A stretch of DNA of 63,714 nt, filler included, from Folioceros fuciformis (Eukaryota), in the NCBI GenBank assembly GCA_049999805.1. It is 14 parts of 14 records of this genome, joined end to end, with 100 filler letters (N's around TTAATTAATTAA, not from the genome) between each part and the next. Parts side by side here need not be neighbours in the genome. Positions count along the whole stretch, not along the records: positions 1 to 4,849 come from JBNGIO010000857.1; positions 4,950 to 8,203 come from JBNGIO010000860.1; positions 8,304 to 9,371 come from JBNGIO010000861.1; positions 9,472 to 11,650 come from JBNGIO010000862.1; 10 more parts are not named here. The stretch is one strand, 5' to 3'. Shown in pieces: positions 1 to 11,750 of this stretch (positions are counted from its first letter, which is position 1; each line of letters starts with the position of its first letter). Position numbers and translations under genes: made by a program. The notes under the pieces were generated by a model. It was not told where the DNA came from. It searched no databases and saw nothing but the letters and a program-made list of their open reading frames with translations.

Positions 1-310
1 AAGTGTGTGAGAGAAGTCGCAGATCTGAGATGTTAGAGTCGTTGTAGTGACTGGAGTGAGTTTGTGGGCACCGAGAGAGGTGCAGCTGACCGCCGGATAG
101 CGAGGCCTGTCCTACGCCTGATCGGAGCTGGAGGGGAGCCCTCGAATCCATCATCGAGTTCATCAAGTCCGACCCTCCATCCACAGCAGCAGGGAACCCC
201 ATCGCTCTTCGTGGGAACGAAACCCAATGTCTCAACGACAGTGGGATAAGTGTGGCCACTAAAGGTGGAATCCGTCGGCAATCAGTGCCCGGGGTTTTGC
301 CTCCACAACA
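1..310 (+). repeat. 3' end of a long (>1.4 kb) LTR, probably Ty3/gypsy; copy A
   Basis: Closely similar to 31600-31907 (+) and to 3402-3710 (inverted). All three copies stop at the same ...TTTTGCC(T/A)CCAC(A)(A/C)CA terminus and none is followed by a PBS. Confidence 0.75.
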
Positions 311-1013
311 TGCTTGTGCAAATTTTGCAGCAGGAAGTTTCACTCACTCTCTGTGCGCTAATTGCTAGTGAGTGAGAAATTTCCGGCTAAGGGATCTACC
401 TGGATAGGTTTCAAAAACTGGTTGCTGTACCTTTGGGATGCAAGCCTGGGATGCGTATTAAAGAAATGTTGGAGACTTTGATGCTGAGCCTCTACACTTA
501 GACCAAGACTGCAGGCAAACGGATCTACAAGTATTTTCCCTTTTCCACGTGCTCTCGGCATCCCGCTTATCTATGATTATAGTGAAAGACAATATCTGCA
601 AGAATCTTGTCAGCCATGTCTTCGGTCCTAACCAGCGCTAATCGCATTGCAGAGATTGCCATGCGGAAGTGCTTGTGCAACAATCTTTTAATGCAGTCTA
701 CACTCCTGCAGGTTGCGCAATGCTTAGGTGGGGACATTGGCAAATCCATGCTCTGATACCATGGAAAATTACAAACTAGGATCGAGAGAACAAGATTGCA
801 GAAAAGAAAGAATTCAATTGTGCGCGGCCGGGATCGGCCTTAAGGCAAGAAGTGGGTGCGTTGGTTACCGGTGTTGTGATCGACGGTTAGTTAGGTCACG
901 ACACTATGAAACGCCGGAGCGTTTCATATCCCAGCGTTTCACACCTAATGAATTAATTAATTAATTAAGGCTGGCTGCTTAAAATGCTAATTACTACATA
1001 TTCGCATTTTCCA
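311..1013 (-). mobile_element. 5' end of an LTR retrotransposon: 252-bp LTR (762-1013), tRNA-iMet PBS (750-761) and leader, inserted into the LINE
   Basis: LTR bounded by 8-bp inverted termini TGGAAAAT...ATTTTCCA. TGGTATCAGAGC follows immediately on the minus strand. It truncates the LINE RT right after WRPIM. Confidence 0.8.
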
Positions 1014-3401
1014 TAATGGGTCGCCAATTAGCAATGGAGAGACTAGCATCCTGTTTCAGTAAAAGGGAGATGAGGCCCAGGTTAAACCATGGACCCATAC
1101 TACCTTCCTTCCAGATCGTATTGACTACCTCCATGAAAATCTGACTCATAAACTCCCAACCCCAGGCTAGAAATTCGGGGGGAATTCCGTCGTGCCCTGG
1201 GGATTTGTTCCACATCATCTCCTTCAGTGCTTGAGCCACTTCAGCCGTTGTGATAGGTTTGTCAAGAACACCGCGTTGCACCTCTGTCACTTTGGCAGGA
1301 AACTGACCATAGGATGAGCTCCAGAGATCCTGCCAACTTCCCGAGACTTGCAAATATTCCTACATAAAAACAGGTCATCAGATTTTTCAAGCCAATGAGG
1401 GAATCTTGCCTGATGCCCTTACCGTCCGGTAGAGCAGGTATTCTTGACTTGTGCCGATTCGCTGCCACCTTGTCGAAGAAGAATTTAGAGGGGCAATCTC
1501 CTTCTTGCACCCATTTAACTTTAACCCGTTTGTACCATCCCCTGGCTCTATCCTCTTCTAGCCTTGCAAGCTCGCCTTGTATTTCACAGAGCTGACCCTC
1601 CTCCTCGCAAGTAAGCGCTCGCACTTCTCCTGCTCTTTGGACAAAACCCAACTCATCCCGAAGGAAGTCCTCTGTCTAGCTTTTCTCCTTCTTGTGTTGT
1701 GAGCCTGGTCTCCTCAAGAAATTGGTGGCTTCGATATTCGCACTCATAAGCCTCTGCATAGCCGACTCATCACCTTGTTCTATTCCTTTCCATAGATCCT
1801 TGATGTGCTCATACACACCCTCTTCCGCTAAACGGGAGGTGTTCATCCGAAATCCTCTCCTGTCCCTTTTGTGCCGAAGGTCTCCGGGGGAGAGCTGCAG
1901 ATGCAAGCTAATCGGGTGGTGGTCTGATAGCACTGTACCCGCTAGGATACCCTATTCTTGCACAAATGGTAGCCACCCTGTGGGAACATAGAACCTATCC
2001 AGCCTTCGAGCCCCATAAGAAGCCTGCTGCTGATTGGACCAGCTGAACATGAGCGAGTCTTGATGGTGGTGTGTTGGAAGAGCCAGCCACGTGTCTTGCA
2101 CATTCAGAGCAATGTCCCTCAACTCCTGCCACAACAAGGGAACCCTCCGTATGTCAACCTCACTGACCCCTTGGATGTCTTCACGTCTCTCCACAAAATT
2201 GAAGTCGCCCGCCATCATCCAGGGTATTTGGTCACTCAAATGCTCACCAAGTCGACCCCACAGGAGATTCCTCTCCGACCCAGCATTAGGAGCATAGATG
2301 TTGCAAATACCCAGGGGGCCTTGAGCAGTCTGCAACACCACCCAGACAAATCTACCCATTTCGTCTTGCCCTGTCTCCAGCACATTTTGTGCTTGTTCCG
2401 AATGGACCGTAATGGCAACTCCCCCCCTCATGGCCGAATCACAGTCACCAGGCTAAGATCTAGTTCCTTCTTCTACAAATCGTGCCCGAACCCACACCGT
2501 ACGCTCTGGCAAGAAAATTTTCTTGATGCGCTATATGTGGTCAGTTGAAAGTTTGTGCTCTTGAATGCATGCCACATCGCAGGTGATGTCTTCTTGTAGG
2601 AGATGCTGCAGCCTGTGACACTTTGATGCAACTTTCGACCAACCTCCCAAACCACGCACATTCCAAGAAATAACCCGTAAGTGCGTCCCCCGCTCGTAAT
2701 TCCTCAGCCTGTCAATTCCCATCAATGTTGGCCTGCTTGCTCAAAAGTTTCTGAACTGCATTGGGCTTCAGCGTCCAAGTGCTGCCCCTGCCCACCAATG
2801 CTTCATGAGGATCACTAGACTTGTGCTCTTGCCTCTTCTTCTGTAGACGCTTTGATTTCCGCTCAGCAAAAACAGTTGTGTCCTCCTATTCCGTAACCCA
2901 CCCAGTTCCCCTTCCTTCCTGATCCTGCAACTTCCCATCGTAGCCATTCCCCCACGGGGCTGAAAAGCACCACCGCCACTCCGCTTGTAAGGGAAGTGCC
3001 AGAACAATAGCCTCCTTGAGCTGGATGTCCATGAATCGCTGTCCATTTGCTACGTACACACCACTAAAGTACTCAACTTCCTTTCCATCTTTGCTTGCCA
3101 AGACTCCTCCTGCTGCCAGCGTACGGAAGATCCTTTCCTTTAGTGTGCGTGATGGCTTTGCAACAATGGACACTGGCACCACTTCTCCTGGTGGAACAGC
3201 CATGGCTAGAAATTGATTCACTCCATTCATCTTCCTAACCACTGCCACACACATAGACTTCGGAGTCGCCTCACAGGCCGGAATCCTGGGTACTTCATTT
3301 TTGGTGGGGAGGGAAGTTTCAGGCTTTCTGGAGCTGAAACGCCACCCCACTAAGTCACCTGGCTGGCCACATGTACTGTCATGTGACTTAAAGGCTGTGG
3401 C
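1014..3401 (-). mobile_element. L1-clade LINE remnant: ORF1 C-terminus plus ORF2 (APE endonuclease and start of reverse transcriptase), pseudogenised
   Basis: ISWNVRGL, VACIQEHK, ICNIYAPN, MAGDFN, RRLDRFY, LSDHHPI, EGDCPSKFFF, KSPGHDGIPPEF and NWRPI motifs spread over several ORFs separated by stops and frameshifts. Confidence 0.9.
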
Positions 3402-4849
3402 TGTTGTGGTGGCAAAACCCCGGGCACTGTTTGCCAACGGGTTCAACCTTTAGCGGCCACACTTATGCCACTGTCGTTGAGACATTAGGTTTCGTTCCCA
3501 CGAAGGAGCGATGGGGTTTCTAGCTGCTATGGATGGAGGGCTGGAAATCGACTCGATGACGGATTCGAGGGCTCCCCTCTAGCTCCGATCAGGCGTGGGA
3601 CAGTCCTCGCTGTCCAGCGGTAAACTGCACCTCTCTTGGTGCCCACAAACTCACTCCAGTCACTACAACGACACTAACCTCTCAGATCTGCAACTTTCCT
3701 CACTCACTCCAGCACCAGCAACCAGCAATCAGCAACGTCACCACTACCTCCTACACGTCCCTATTGACTCCCCCTACTCGGCAAGAGTCACTAGACTAAC
3801 CGCAAAGAAAAGCATGCTGCCACCCACGATCCTACCAGACACCATGCAAGCATGGTCGGCACTCACTCTAGCCTTGTGAGGAATTGAGAATGACAGATCA
3901 TGGGAACACAACACGAAGAGCACGATCAAGAATTAAAAGGACCCCACCCTCAACCCTGGCCACCACTTCTCAAAGCTTTACCAGACGCTGCACACATGCA
4001 CAGCCGACACACACTGCTGTATCCAAGCAGGGACAGCCTGAGAGAACTCGCAAAGTGACAACCTGCCTCCTACAGGCTCACCTGATCTTATAGGAGCCTC
4101 TCTCTCTCTGACTTCACCTCTCTAGTATGAGAAATATTATTTTAATAGAACCACTAGCCTAGCCGGCTGTCAACAGCCACTTATTTAGACTTTCTTAGCA
4201 CATCCTGCCGCCAATGAGCTGGCCCTACGACCTACTGACCCTACCACCACAAGTATCTACCGCCTCTTAAACTATCCTGAGACTTTGAAGGATGCCTGAT
4301 CTTCAAAGATCTGCGAACGTCGCCTCTTCCTTGTTGGATGGTCGCCCGCTAAGTCTTCCTCTGCAACTGTTCCCCCTTGGTGGTTGAGCCTGCTTCTAGG
4401 AGAGGAGTATGAGCAGTGGGAAAGATAGAGAAGAGGTGGGAAGGATTGGGATCAGCAGCCGGAACCAAGCCTGAAAACGACAGGTTATTTAGTAGAATCA
4501 GCTTCCAATCAAAGTGGTTCCTCGGCCATGGAAGACTGACCCCGGGGTGCTGGAATAGGCCCCGAACTAGGAGGAAAAGAAAGCAGGTGAAATAGAGTTG
4601 AGTTGGAATTTCTAGAATTAAATCCAAAAAATAGTGGTGAAAATAGAAAAGGGGAAATTAGGAAAATAAAAAGAAAGATTTATGGGAATAAGTATATGGT
4701 ATACGTATCAATACATATTAAATACATATCAGAACCTTATAAAATAAGGAGAGGGTGGGGTGGTGGTGGTGGTGTACGTATACGAACCGTATACGGTCCC
4801 TAAGAAAACATTACATAAGGAGAAAGGAAGCGGAATGGCGCAAGAGGAG
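3402..4849 (-). repeat. Long LTR copy B, inserted in LINE ORF1
   Basis: Inverted homologue of 30440-31907. Terminal TG at 3402 on the plus strand (CA end on the minus strand). Confidence 0.75.
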
Positions 4850-4949
4850 NNNNNNNNNNNNNNNNNNNNNNNNNNNNNNNNNNNNNNNNNNNNTTAATTA
4901 ATTAANNNNNNNNNNNNNNNNNNNNNNNNNNNNNNNNNNNNNNNNNNNN
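4850..4949. other. Artificial contig spacer (N44-TTAATTAATTAA-N44). The same 100-bp spacer starts at 8204, 9372, 11651, 13284, 15711, 29193, 30297, 48196, 50998, 52436, 55582 and 61532
   Basis: Identical N-flanked 12-mer with stop codons in all six frames. Confidence 0.98.
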
Positions 4950-6791
4950 CTTGCATGAACAACATCCTCCTGTTCCTGAAGAAGGACAGAACGCAGCACT
5001 GGAGATGGATGATGATGATGCTGATCCTGTTTCTACCCAGCCTATATAGGAATCTCAGCCTATAGACCCATCTCAACGATATCCATCTTGTCACAGGCAA
5101 CCTCCAGATTATTATCGTGCGCGTGATTTTAGAGTCACCTCTTCACATTCGGAAGTCAATACGACCATGTCCTTGGATCCTGTTGAACCACAGTCCTACC
5201 AAGAGGCATTAAGTAGACCTGACCACATTGAATGGGAGAAAGCTATTTAGTCAGAATATGACTCCTTAATCGAAAATGGCACATGGGAGCTTGCAAAATT
5301 GCCACAAGGCAGAAAGTTGGTTTCGTGCAAATGGGTTTTCAAATTAAAAGTAAAGGCAGATGGTACCTTTGATAGGTACAAGGCTCGCTTGGTCGCAAGG
5401 GGATTCTCTCAGGTCCCAGGACTGGACTATATCTTGAAACTTCTGCTCTAGTCGTCAATCTTGCCACCCTTAGAACAATCCTTGCCATATCCACACACTA
5501 TGATTATGAACTGCAAATGTATGATGTCAAAACAACATTCCTACATGGGAAACTTGACACTGAGATATACATGCAGCAGCCTCCAGGTTATGAGGTAAAA
5601 GGAAAAGAGAATCATGCTTGTCGGTTGATTAAGTGCTTGTATGGTTTGACGCAGTCAGCTATGAAGTGGAACGCAGCCCTAGATACAGAGTTGCTGAAGT
5701 TAGGTTTCACTAAGAGCAAGGCATATAGTCGTCTGTATGTCTACATAAGGGAAGACGTCATATGCTACCTTGCTGTTTATGTAGATGATCTCATCCTCTC
5801 TAGCAACAGCTAAGACTTTATAACAAGCATCAGTGATATGCTAGCTACAAAGTTTAGGATGTCATGTCTAGGCCCTTTACAGAGTTGCCTAGGTATTCAT
5901 ATTCAAAGGAATAGGCAAGCTCGTGTAATGACACTATCTCAGCCCCGTTACCTTATAGATAGCGCTGAACAATTAGGCCTTAAGGATGCAAAGTCCGCTT
6001 CTAACCCTTTGCCCACAGGACTTAAGCTTAGTCGGAGTATGTCTCCTTCTACACATGCAGAAAAGGATCACATGTCAAAGATACCTTACAGAAAGGGAGT
6101 AGGTAAGCTGATATATGCATCGAATACAACAAGGCTAGAGGTAGCTTATGCAACGAGTGTCTTATCACAGTTCTTGGAAAATCCAAGTCCAGAACACTAG
6201 GCTAGTTTGAAACGTGTTTTTAGGTACTTGAAAGGGACACCAACTTTGGGAATCTCTTATAGACAACAGATTGGACAGACTTTGGACATTGAAGTCTACA
6301 CGGATTCTGACTATGCAGGTGACATAGACACAAGGAAGTCTGTCTCTGGATATGTGCTGTGTTTTGCTGGTGGACCAATATGTTGGTCTAGCAAGAAACA
6401 ACCGACAGTTGCTCTATCTAGTACTGAAGCAGAATATAGGGTGTTAACTGCAGCTGCAAAGGAAGTTGTGTGGTGCAGGTTACTCTTTTCAGAACTAGGG
6501 ATTCCACTCCCCACATGCACAACTATCTACACCGACAATCAAGGCTCAATGGCATTAGCCAAGAACCCTGTGTTTCATTCACGAACGAAGCACGTAGAAG
6601 TCAAATATCATTATATAAGAGAGCTGGTGGGAGCAGGAACCATAGCACTTGAGTATGTATCGACACAAAGCAACCCAGCAGACATTCTCACAAAGGCACT
6701 TAGCAGAGATGCTCACCAAAGACACATTCAATGCTTAGGGATGGGAGAGCCAAAAGCTCTCTTATCCGACAGCAGCAGTAGTTCAGTATAA
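4950..6791 (+). mobile_element. Ty1/copia pol fragment (RT-RNase H), degenerate
   Basis: KWVFK..K...YKARLVARGFSQ, YDVKTTFLHG, VYVDDL, YTDSDYAGD, SSKKQPTVALSSTEAEY, RTKHVEVKYHYIRE, ADILTKAL; internal stops and a frameshift. Confidence 0.95.
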
Positions 6792-6857
6792 TTCTCTAAG
6801 GCCTAGAAATGCGAGTCAAAGCTAAGCATGGTCAGAAGGGTAGCCAAAGTCCATTGA

Positions 6858-7175
6858 CTATCTAGAATGCGGAGACTCGGTTTCAGACTCCTCCTCTTCC
6901 TCGTAGGAGTCGTGGCCACAACTATTGGAAGGGGAAGAAAAACTCTCATCTAATCTTGGAGAGTTGCAGCGACGACGTTCTTCATAAGAAATCCATTCTT
7001 CAGACTCAAGTTCAGCTTTTTCTTCAAGTCTTATGTTAGACCCTGTATAGAAGAAGTGGGAGCAAACGTAAGATATCATCACAAGACAAAATAACAAGAG
7101 CAACCAGAACAAGAAAGGTTCATAGATGCTCACTGTATATACTAACAACGTGACCTGGATAGGTTCTGCAGCCAT
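6858..7175 (-). CDS. Putative antisense accessory ORF downstream of the copia RNase H (hydrophobic segment plus acidic tail)
   Basis: 105-aa ATG ORF containing FLFWLLLLFCLVMISYVCSHFFY followed by an E/S-rich tail. No homologue seen in the window. Confidence 0.35.
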   Translation of the reverse strand: MAAEPIQVTLLVYTVSIYEPFLFWLLLLFCLVMISYVCSHFFYTGSNIRLEEKAELESEEWISYEERRRCNSPRLDESFSSPSNSCGHDSYEEEEESETESPHSR

Positions 7176-7479
7176 GCACGCGAACCCTTTTCATGGTGAT
7201 CTCAGTACAACCTAGCCACACCTTATACCATACAGGTGAGCGAGGATGCTTTATATTCCCACAACTGACAATTCTTGTCTCACAATCTGTGTCAGTAGGT
7301 TTAGGGAACACAATAGGTAAGCAGAACGAGACTCATCATAAGAATAGGCAAAATCAGGCTGCTTCGGCTTCGGAAGAGGTTTAGTAGCTGCCTTTGCCTT
7401 AGGTGTAGGTGGGGCATAAGGGCAACCCATGTTGTAGCCGGCTTTATGTCAATAGGATCGACTCCAGTCTACGTGCAAG

Positions 7480-8203
7480 TGTAGGAGAGGAGAGGAGAGA
7501 AGAGAGGGTGGTATTGGTGATCACAACCATGAAAACAATACACATCACCACTGTCTTACTATGGAGGTCCGAGGTCTCCATTTAAGTAGTACATTTAGGG
7601 CTACACAACTTCCAAGTTCAATATGGGATAATCTACACTATCTTAAGTTCACTAATAACTAGAACTAGTCTAGTATGAACCCAACTGGGATAACTAACAC
7701 CACATGAGTTTAGCTCATATAGAGCTCGATAACTCAACACTCCCCCTCGAGCTTAACATAGCATCTGTACGCCTAACATAGCTCGGAATTTCTTCAGCTT
7801 CTCTGCTCCCATTGGCTTAGTAAATATATCAGCTATCTGCTCGTCTGTGTTGACATACACAAGATCAATAGCTCCAGATAAAATCCTTTCGCGAAGAAAA
7901 TGATAATGTATTTCAATGTGTTTTGTCCTGGCATGAAACACTGGGTTTCGCGCCAACTGTATGCTGCTAAGATTGTCACAGTAGATAACAACCTTGTCGT
8001 TGACCTGCAATCCAAAATCTCCGAGTAACTTACAAATCCAAGTCACTTCACACGCTGCCATTGCTGCGCCTCTGTATTCAACTTCTGTACTAGACAAAGC
8101 CACTGTAGGCTGCTTCTTGCTACTCCATGTAATTGCTGCACTCCCAAGTGAAAAAGTGAATCCACTTGTAGATCTACGATCAGTAACACTGCCTGCCCAA
8201 TCT
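7480..8203 (-). mobile_element. Ty1/copia 3' end: RNase H, PPT and 3' LTR (7480-7739)
   Basis: VALSSTEVEY...RTKHIEIHYHFLRE...ADIFTKP, then GAGGGGGAG/TGTTGAG on the minus strand. The LTR ends in CA at 7480. Confidence 0.9.
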
Positions 8204-8303
8204 NNNNNNNNNNNNNNNNNNNNNNNNNNNNNNNNNNNNNNNNNNNNTTAATTAATTAANNNNNNNNNNNNNNNNNNNNNNNNNNNNNNNNNNNNNNNNN
8301 NNN

Positions 8304-8398
8304 AAGTTCACTAATAACTAGAACTAGTCTAGTATGAACCCAACTGGGATAACTAACACCACATGAGTTTAGCTCATATAAAGCTCGATAACTCAACA
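8304..8398 (-). repeat. Near-identical partial copy of the 7480-7739 copia LTR
   Basis: Matches 7645-7739 with about one mismatch; interrupts the gypsy RT. Confidence 0.9.
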
Positions 8399-8404
8399 AA
8401 ATGC

Positions 8405-9371
8405 TCACACTTGCTTTACGTTGGTTGGGGGATCCATGGCAATGATGACAACCACCTTGTCCCAATCCACCTGTAACCCCCTCCCAGAGACACGATGGGC
8501 CAAAAGAACTCCCTCCAACATCCCAAAGAAACATTTATCCGGATGCAACTTAAAACTAGTTCCCCTACACTCCTCAAAACATTGGCGTAGGTGTCCAAGA
8601 TGTAACACCCTCCTTCCAAAGACACAAAAGTCATCTAGGAATACCTCCATGAACTTACGTAGGAACTCCTTGAAGATGGTATTCACAATTCGCTGAAATG
8701 TGGCAGGGGCATTGCACAGCCCGAAGGGCAACTTGGAGTAAGCAAAAGTGCCCCAATCTGTAGTGAAGGTAGTCTTGTCCTGATCCTCCTTCCGTAGGGC
8801 GATCTGATTGTACCCAGAGTAACCGTCCAAAAAACTGTACATCTCATGCCTTGCCACCGTGTCTAGGACACTGTCCAAGAAGGGTAGGGGATGGTGATCC
8901 TTCTTGGTTGCTTCATTCAATTTGCGGAAATCCTGGCAAACGTGCACCTTGCCTGGCTACTTCTTAGGGACCACAACTATGGGGGATACCCACTCGCTGT
9001 TCAAAATAGGATACATCACTCCTGCTTCCAAATACTGGTCAAGCTGCTCCTTCACTACCATGGAGTATTTTGGGTTCAAACGGTATTGTTTGACTCGGAT
9101 GGGAGTGCTCCCTTCCCTCAAGTCAATCTGGTGCACGCCCAATTCCTCAGGGATCCCAGTCATGTCAGTGATTTTAAAGGCAAAGACATCAAGATACTCT
9201 GTCAGTAAGCTTCGGAAGGCTTCCTTCTCCGCAGGGCTCAAGTATTTGGAGATCTTCACTACCTTCCCTGGTGCTAACTCCAATCTCTCTACAGCGTTAG
9301 GATCCACGTAGGTCCCCTCAGGATTGCTTCCTTGGCTCACTCCTGCCCCCTCATCTGGATGAGCAAATCCT
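8405..9371 (-). mobile_element. Ty3/gypsy (Athila/Tat-like) reverse transcriptase fragment
   Basis: SEWVSPIVVVPKK, DFRKLNEATKKDHHPLP, FLDGYSGYNQI, PFGLCNAPATFQR, VFLDDF. Confidence 0.95.
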
Positions 9372-9471
9372 NNNNNNNNNNNNNNNNNNNNNNNNNNNNN
9401 NNNNNNNNNNNNNNNTTAATTAATTAANNNNNNNNNNNNNNNNNNNNNNNNNNNNNNNNNNNNNNNNNNNN

Positions 9472-9950
9472 GAAAGATGTGGTTACCTGGACAGCTCTGA
9501 TTGCAGGATATGCCCAGCAAGGCATGGGCAAGAAGCTCTTAATCTCTACAATGGTATGCATTGTTGTCCCCAACTCTGTGACATATGTTAGTCTCCTGAA
9601 GGCATGTGCAAGCGTGGGCACCCCGGCTTGGGAGATGGGGAAGCGGCTACATGAGCAGATTAGAGAGCATGGCCATCAAGGTGATATGTTTGTAGTGAAC
9701 AGCTTGGTGAACATGAATGCAAAGTGTGGCAGCATAGAGGATGCCCGCACTGTGTTTGACGGACTCTGTGAAAAGAATGTGGTGACGTAGAGTGCCATAA
9801 CAGCTGGATATTCCCAGAAGGGCACAGGGCACCAAGCCCTTAGTCTTTACAGCGCTATGCATGAAGAAGGCATCATTGCACCCAATTCCGTGACGTTTGT
9901 GTGCCTCCTTCAGGCATGTGCAACTGTTGGTACTCCACGTCAAGTTCTTT
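9472..9950 (+). pseudogene. PLS-class PPR gene fragment, pseudogene
   Basis: DVVTWTALIAGYAQQG, VTYVSLLKACAS and NSLVNMNAKCGSIEDARTVFD motifs. TGG>TAG stop at 9788 and an internal deletion. Confidence 0.85.
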
Positions 9951-10189
9951 GGAAAGTAAGCATGTGGTGTTGTACTATTTGCTATAGTGACAGTGCAGTC
10001 CATTGAACCTACAACTTGTTTGCAAAGGTTGTTGGACAGAGTCAAGATGTTGTGCACAAGAGGTAAGATGACATAGTTTCTTTTCTAGAGTCATCCAACC
10101 CTATCTCCAAGAGGCAAGATCGCACAATTTCTTCTCTTTTCTTTTCTTTTCTTTCCTTCTCTTTTCTTTTCCTTTCTTTCCTGGTAAGG

Positions 10190-10680
10190 TCCAACCATCT
10201 AACTTGATGGTTCCAAGGGTGAGGTTGTCCATCTATCAGCAACCCCTCTGCTCTCCATCTTCTTTGAATGGCAATTGGAGTCCCCCCAAAGGTTAGGCTG
10301 TTGTGATCTAGTGTTTCTATCAAGCTTACTTGCTTACAGCAAACTAGTGGGACAGTTTGCTCATTGCAGCTCAGGAGGAATTCTATAAAATGTGCTCTAT
10401 GGGTGCTCCAAACAAAAGTCAACACCTGTTCTTTCGGTGCGACTATGTGTGAGTGGTTTGGAGACAGGTTTGCAAGTGGTTGCAATGCCTCTTCCAAGCA
10501 GCGGCGAATGTTGTTGTTACAAAACAGTTAGCTCTCTTTGCAAAGCGTAGGGAATCATTTGGCAAATCACTATTTAAGTTCCAATGGTGGGGGCTTGTTG
10601 CGGAGCTTTTGTCTCATGAGCTTATGGCTGACCTGAACGAATAATGGTTCACGGCAAGAAAGAACCACAGTCAGTCAAAT
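10190..10680 (+). mobile_element. L1 LINE 3' remnant (zf-RVT region)
   Basis: Translation CSMGAPNKSQHLFFRCDYV*VVWRQVCKWL matches the zinc-binding motif C-terminal to L1 RT. Confidence 0.55.
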
Positions 10681-10739
10681 CCTTGCTCTGGAAGATGTGG
10701 GAGCAAGTTTTGATTGCAGTAGAGGGGATAAAGTCTTGA

Positions 10740-10800
10740 GCTTCCCCAGGAATGCTCCAGCTTCCCCAGGAATGCTCGAGCTTCCCTAGGAATGCTCCAG
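10740..10800. repeat. Tandem repeat, 3 x 20 bp
   Basis: GCTTCCCCAGGAATGCTCCA units. Confidence 0.9.
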
Positions 10801-11131
10801 TACACTACACTACACTTCACTTGAGCAAGTGTACTGTAGTGTAGTGTACTGGAGACGGCTTGGATTCCTCGTGCTAGCGAGGGAGGTGAGGTGGAATCAC
10901 TCATGCTCTTGTAGAGGGCAATTTTTTCTTGTCTTTGATTTCAAATGTCAGGTATAAAGTGTCTCTCTAGCTACAGACTGTATTACTTGTTTGTTGGTGT
11001 GTCGAATTGCTTCTGATATGACCTTCTCACGTCTCCTCCCTCTCTACACCAGTTTGGCAAGAACATCCTCTCACATGGTCCTAGTGTGGATGAAGAGATG
11101 ATGTGTCGTGAAGGCCATGTGTATGGAGAGA

Positions 11132-11353
11132 AGATGGTGCTGTGGTCGCACACAGCTGGGAGCTCTTGGTTTCAAGACGAAAAGAGGGAAGATGGTGTTG
11201 TGGTCGTACACAGCTAGGAGCTTTTGGTTTCAAGACGAAAGGAGGGAAGATGGTGCTGTGGTTGTACACAGCTGGGAGCTCTTGGTTTCAAGACGAAAGG
11301 AGGGAAGATGGTGCTATGGTCGTACACAGCTGGGAGCTCTTGGTTTCAAGACA
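11132..11353. repeat. Minisatellite, about 4 x 58 bp
   Basis: AGATGGTGCTGTGGTCG(C/T)ACACAGCTGGGAGCTCTTGGTTTCAAGACGAAAGGAGGGA units start at 11132, 11190, 11248 and 11306. Confidence 0.9.
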
Positions 11354-11486
11354 AAAGTCCAAGTTTGTGGTGTTGACATTGTTATGTACATCAGGGTGAG
11401 GATGTATGGGATGTATGGGATGTATGCATCATATTCCCTTCCCGACCAGCCTAAAGCAAAGTTGGGACAAGATGTCCAAGTTTTGC

Positions 11487-11517
<31 letters not shown>

Positions 11518-11750
11518 CTAGATTCTTCTAGGCCTGGCTCACTTATAAAATAATAATAATGCTGTCACTTTATGATATTTTAGAGCATGGCCAGACATGC
11601 AATTAGGCACAAAAATCAGAAACCATTGTCAGGAAAAATGGTCTCTAATTNNNNNNNNNNNNNNNNNNNNNNNNNNNNNNNNNNNNNNNNNNNNTTAATT
11701 AATTAANNNNNNNNNNNNNNNNNNNNNNNNNNNNNNNNNNNNNNNNNNNN

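Noticed and set aside
951-968. AATTAATTAATTAATTAA resembling the contig linker
   Set aside because: It has no flanking Ns and lies inside a coherent LTR (762-1013) with matching inverted termini, so it is probably a natural (TAAT)n tract.
7480-8398. Treating the two matching LTR pieces as the ends of one copia insertion
   Set aside because: They sit on different contigs and the flanks (GCAAG vs AAATG) do not form a target-site duplication.
11132-11353. Regularly spaced repeats as a possible CRISPR array (also 16303-16540, 27874-28071, 55139-55315)
   Set aside because: The units are contiguous tandem copies without unique spacers, there are no cas genes, and the context is eukaryotic.
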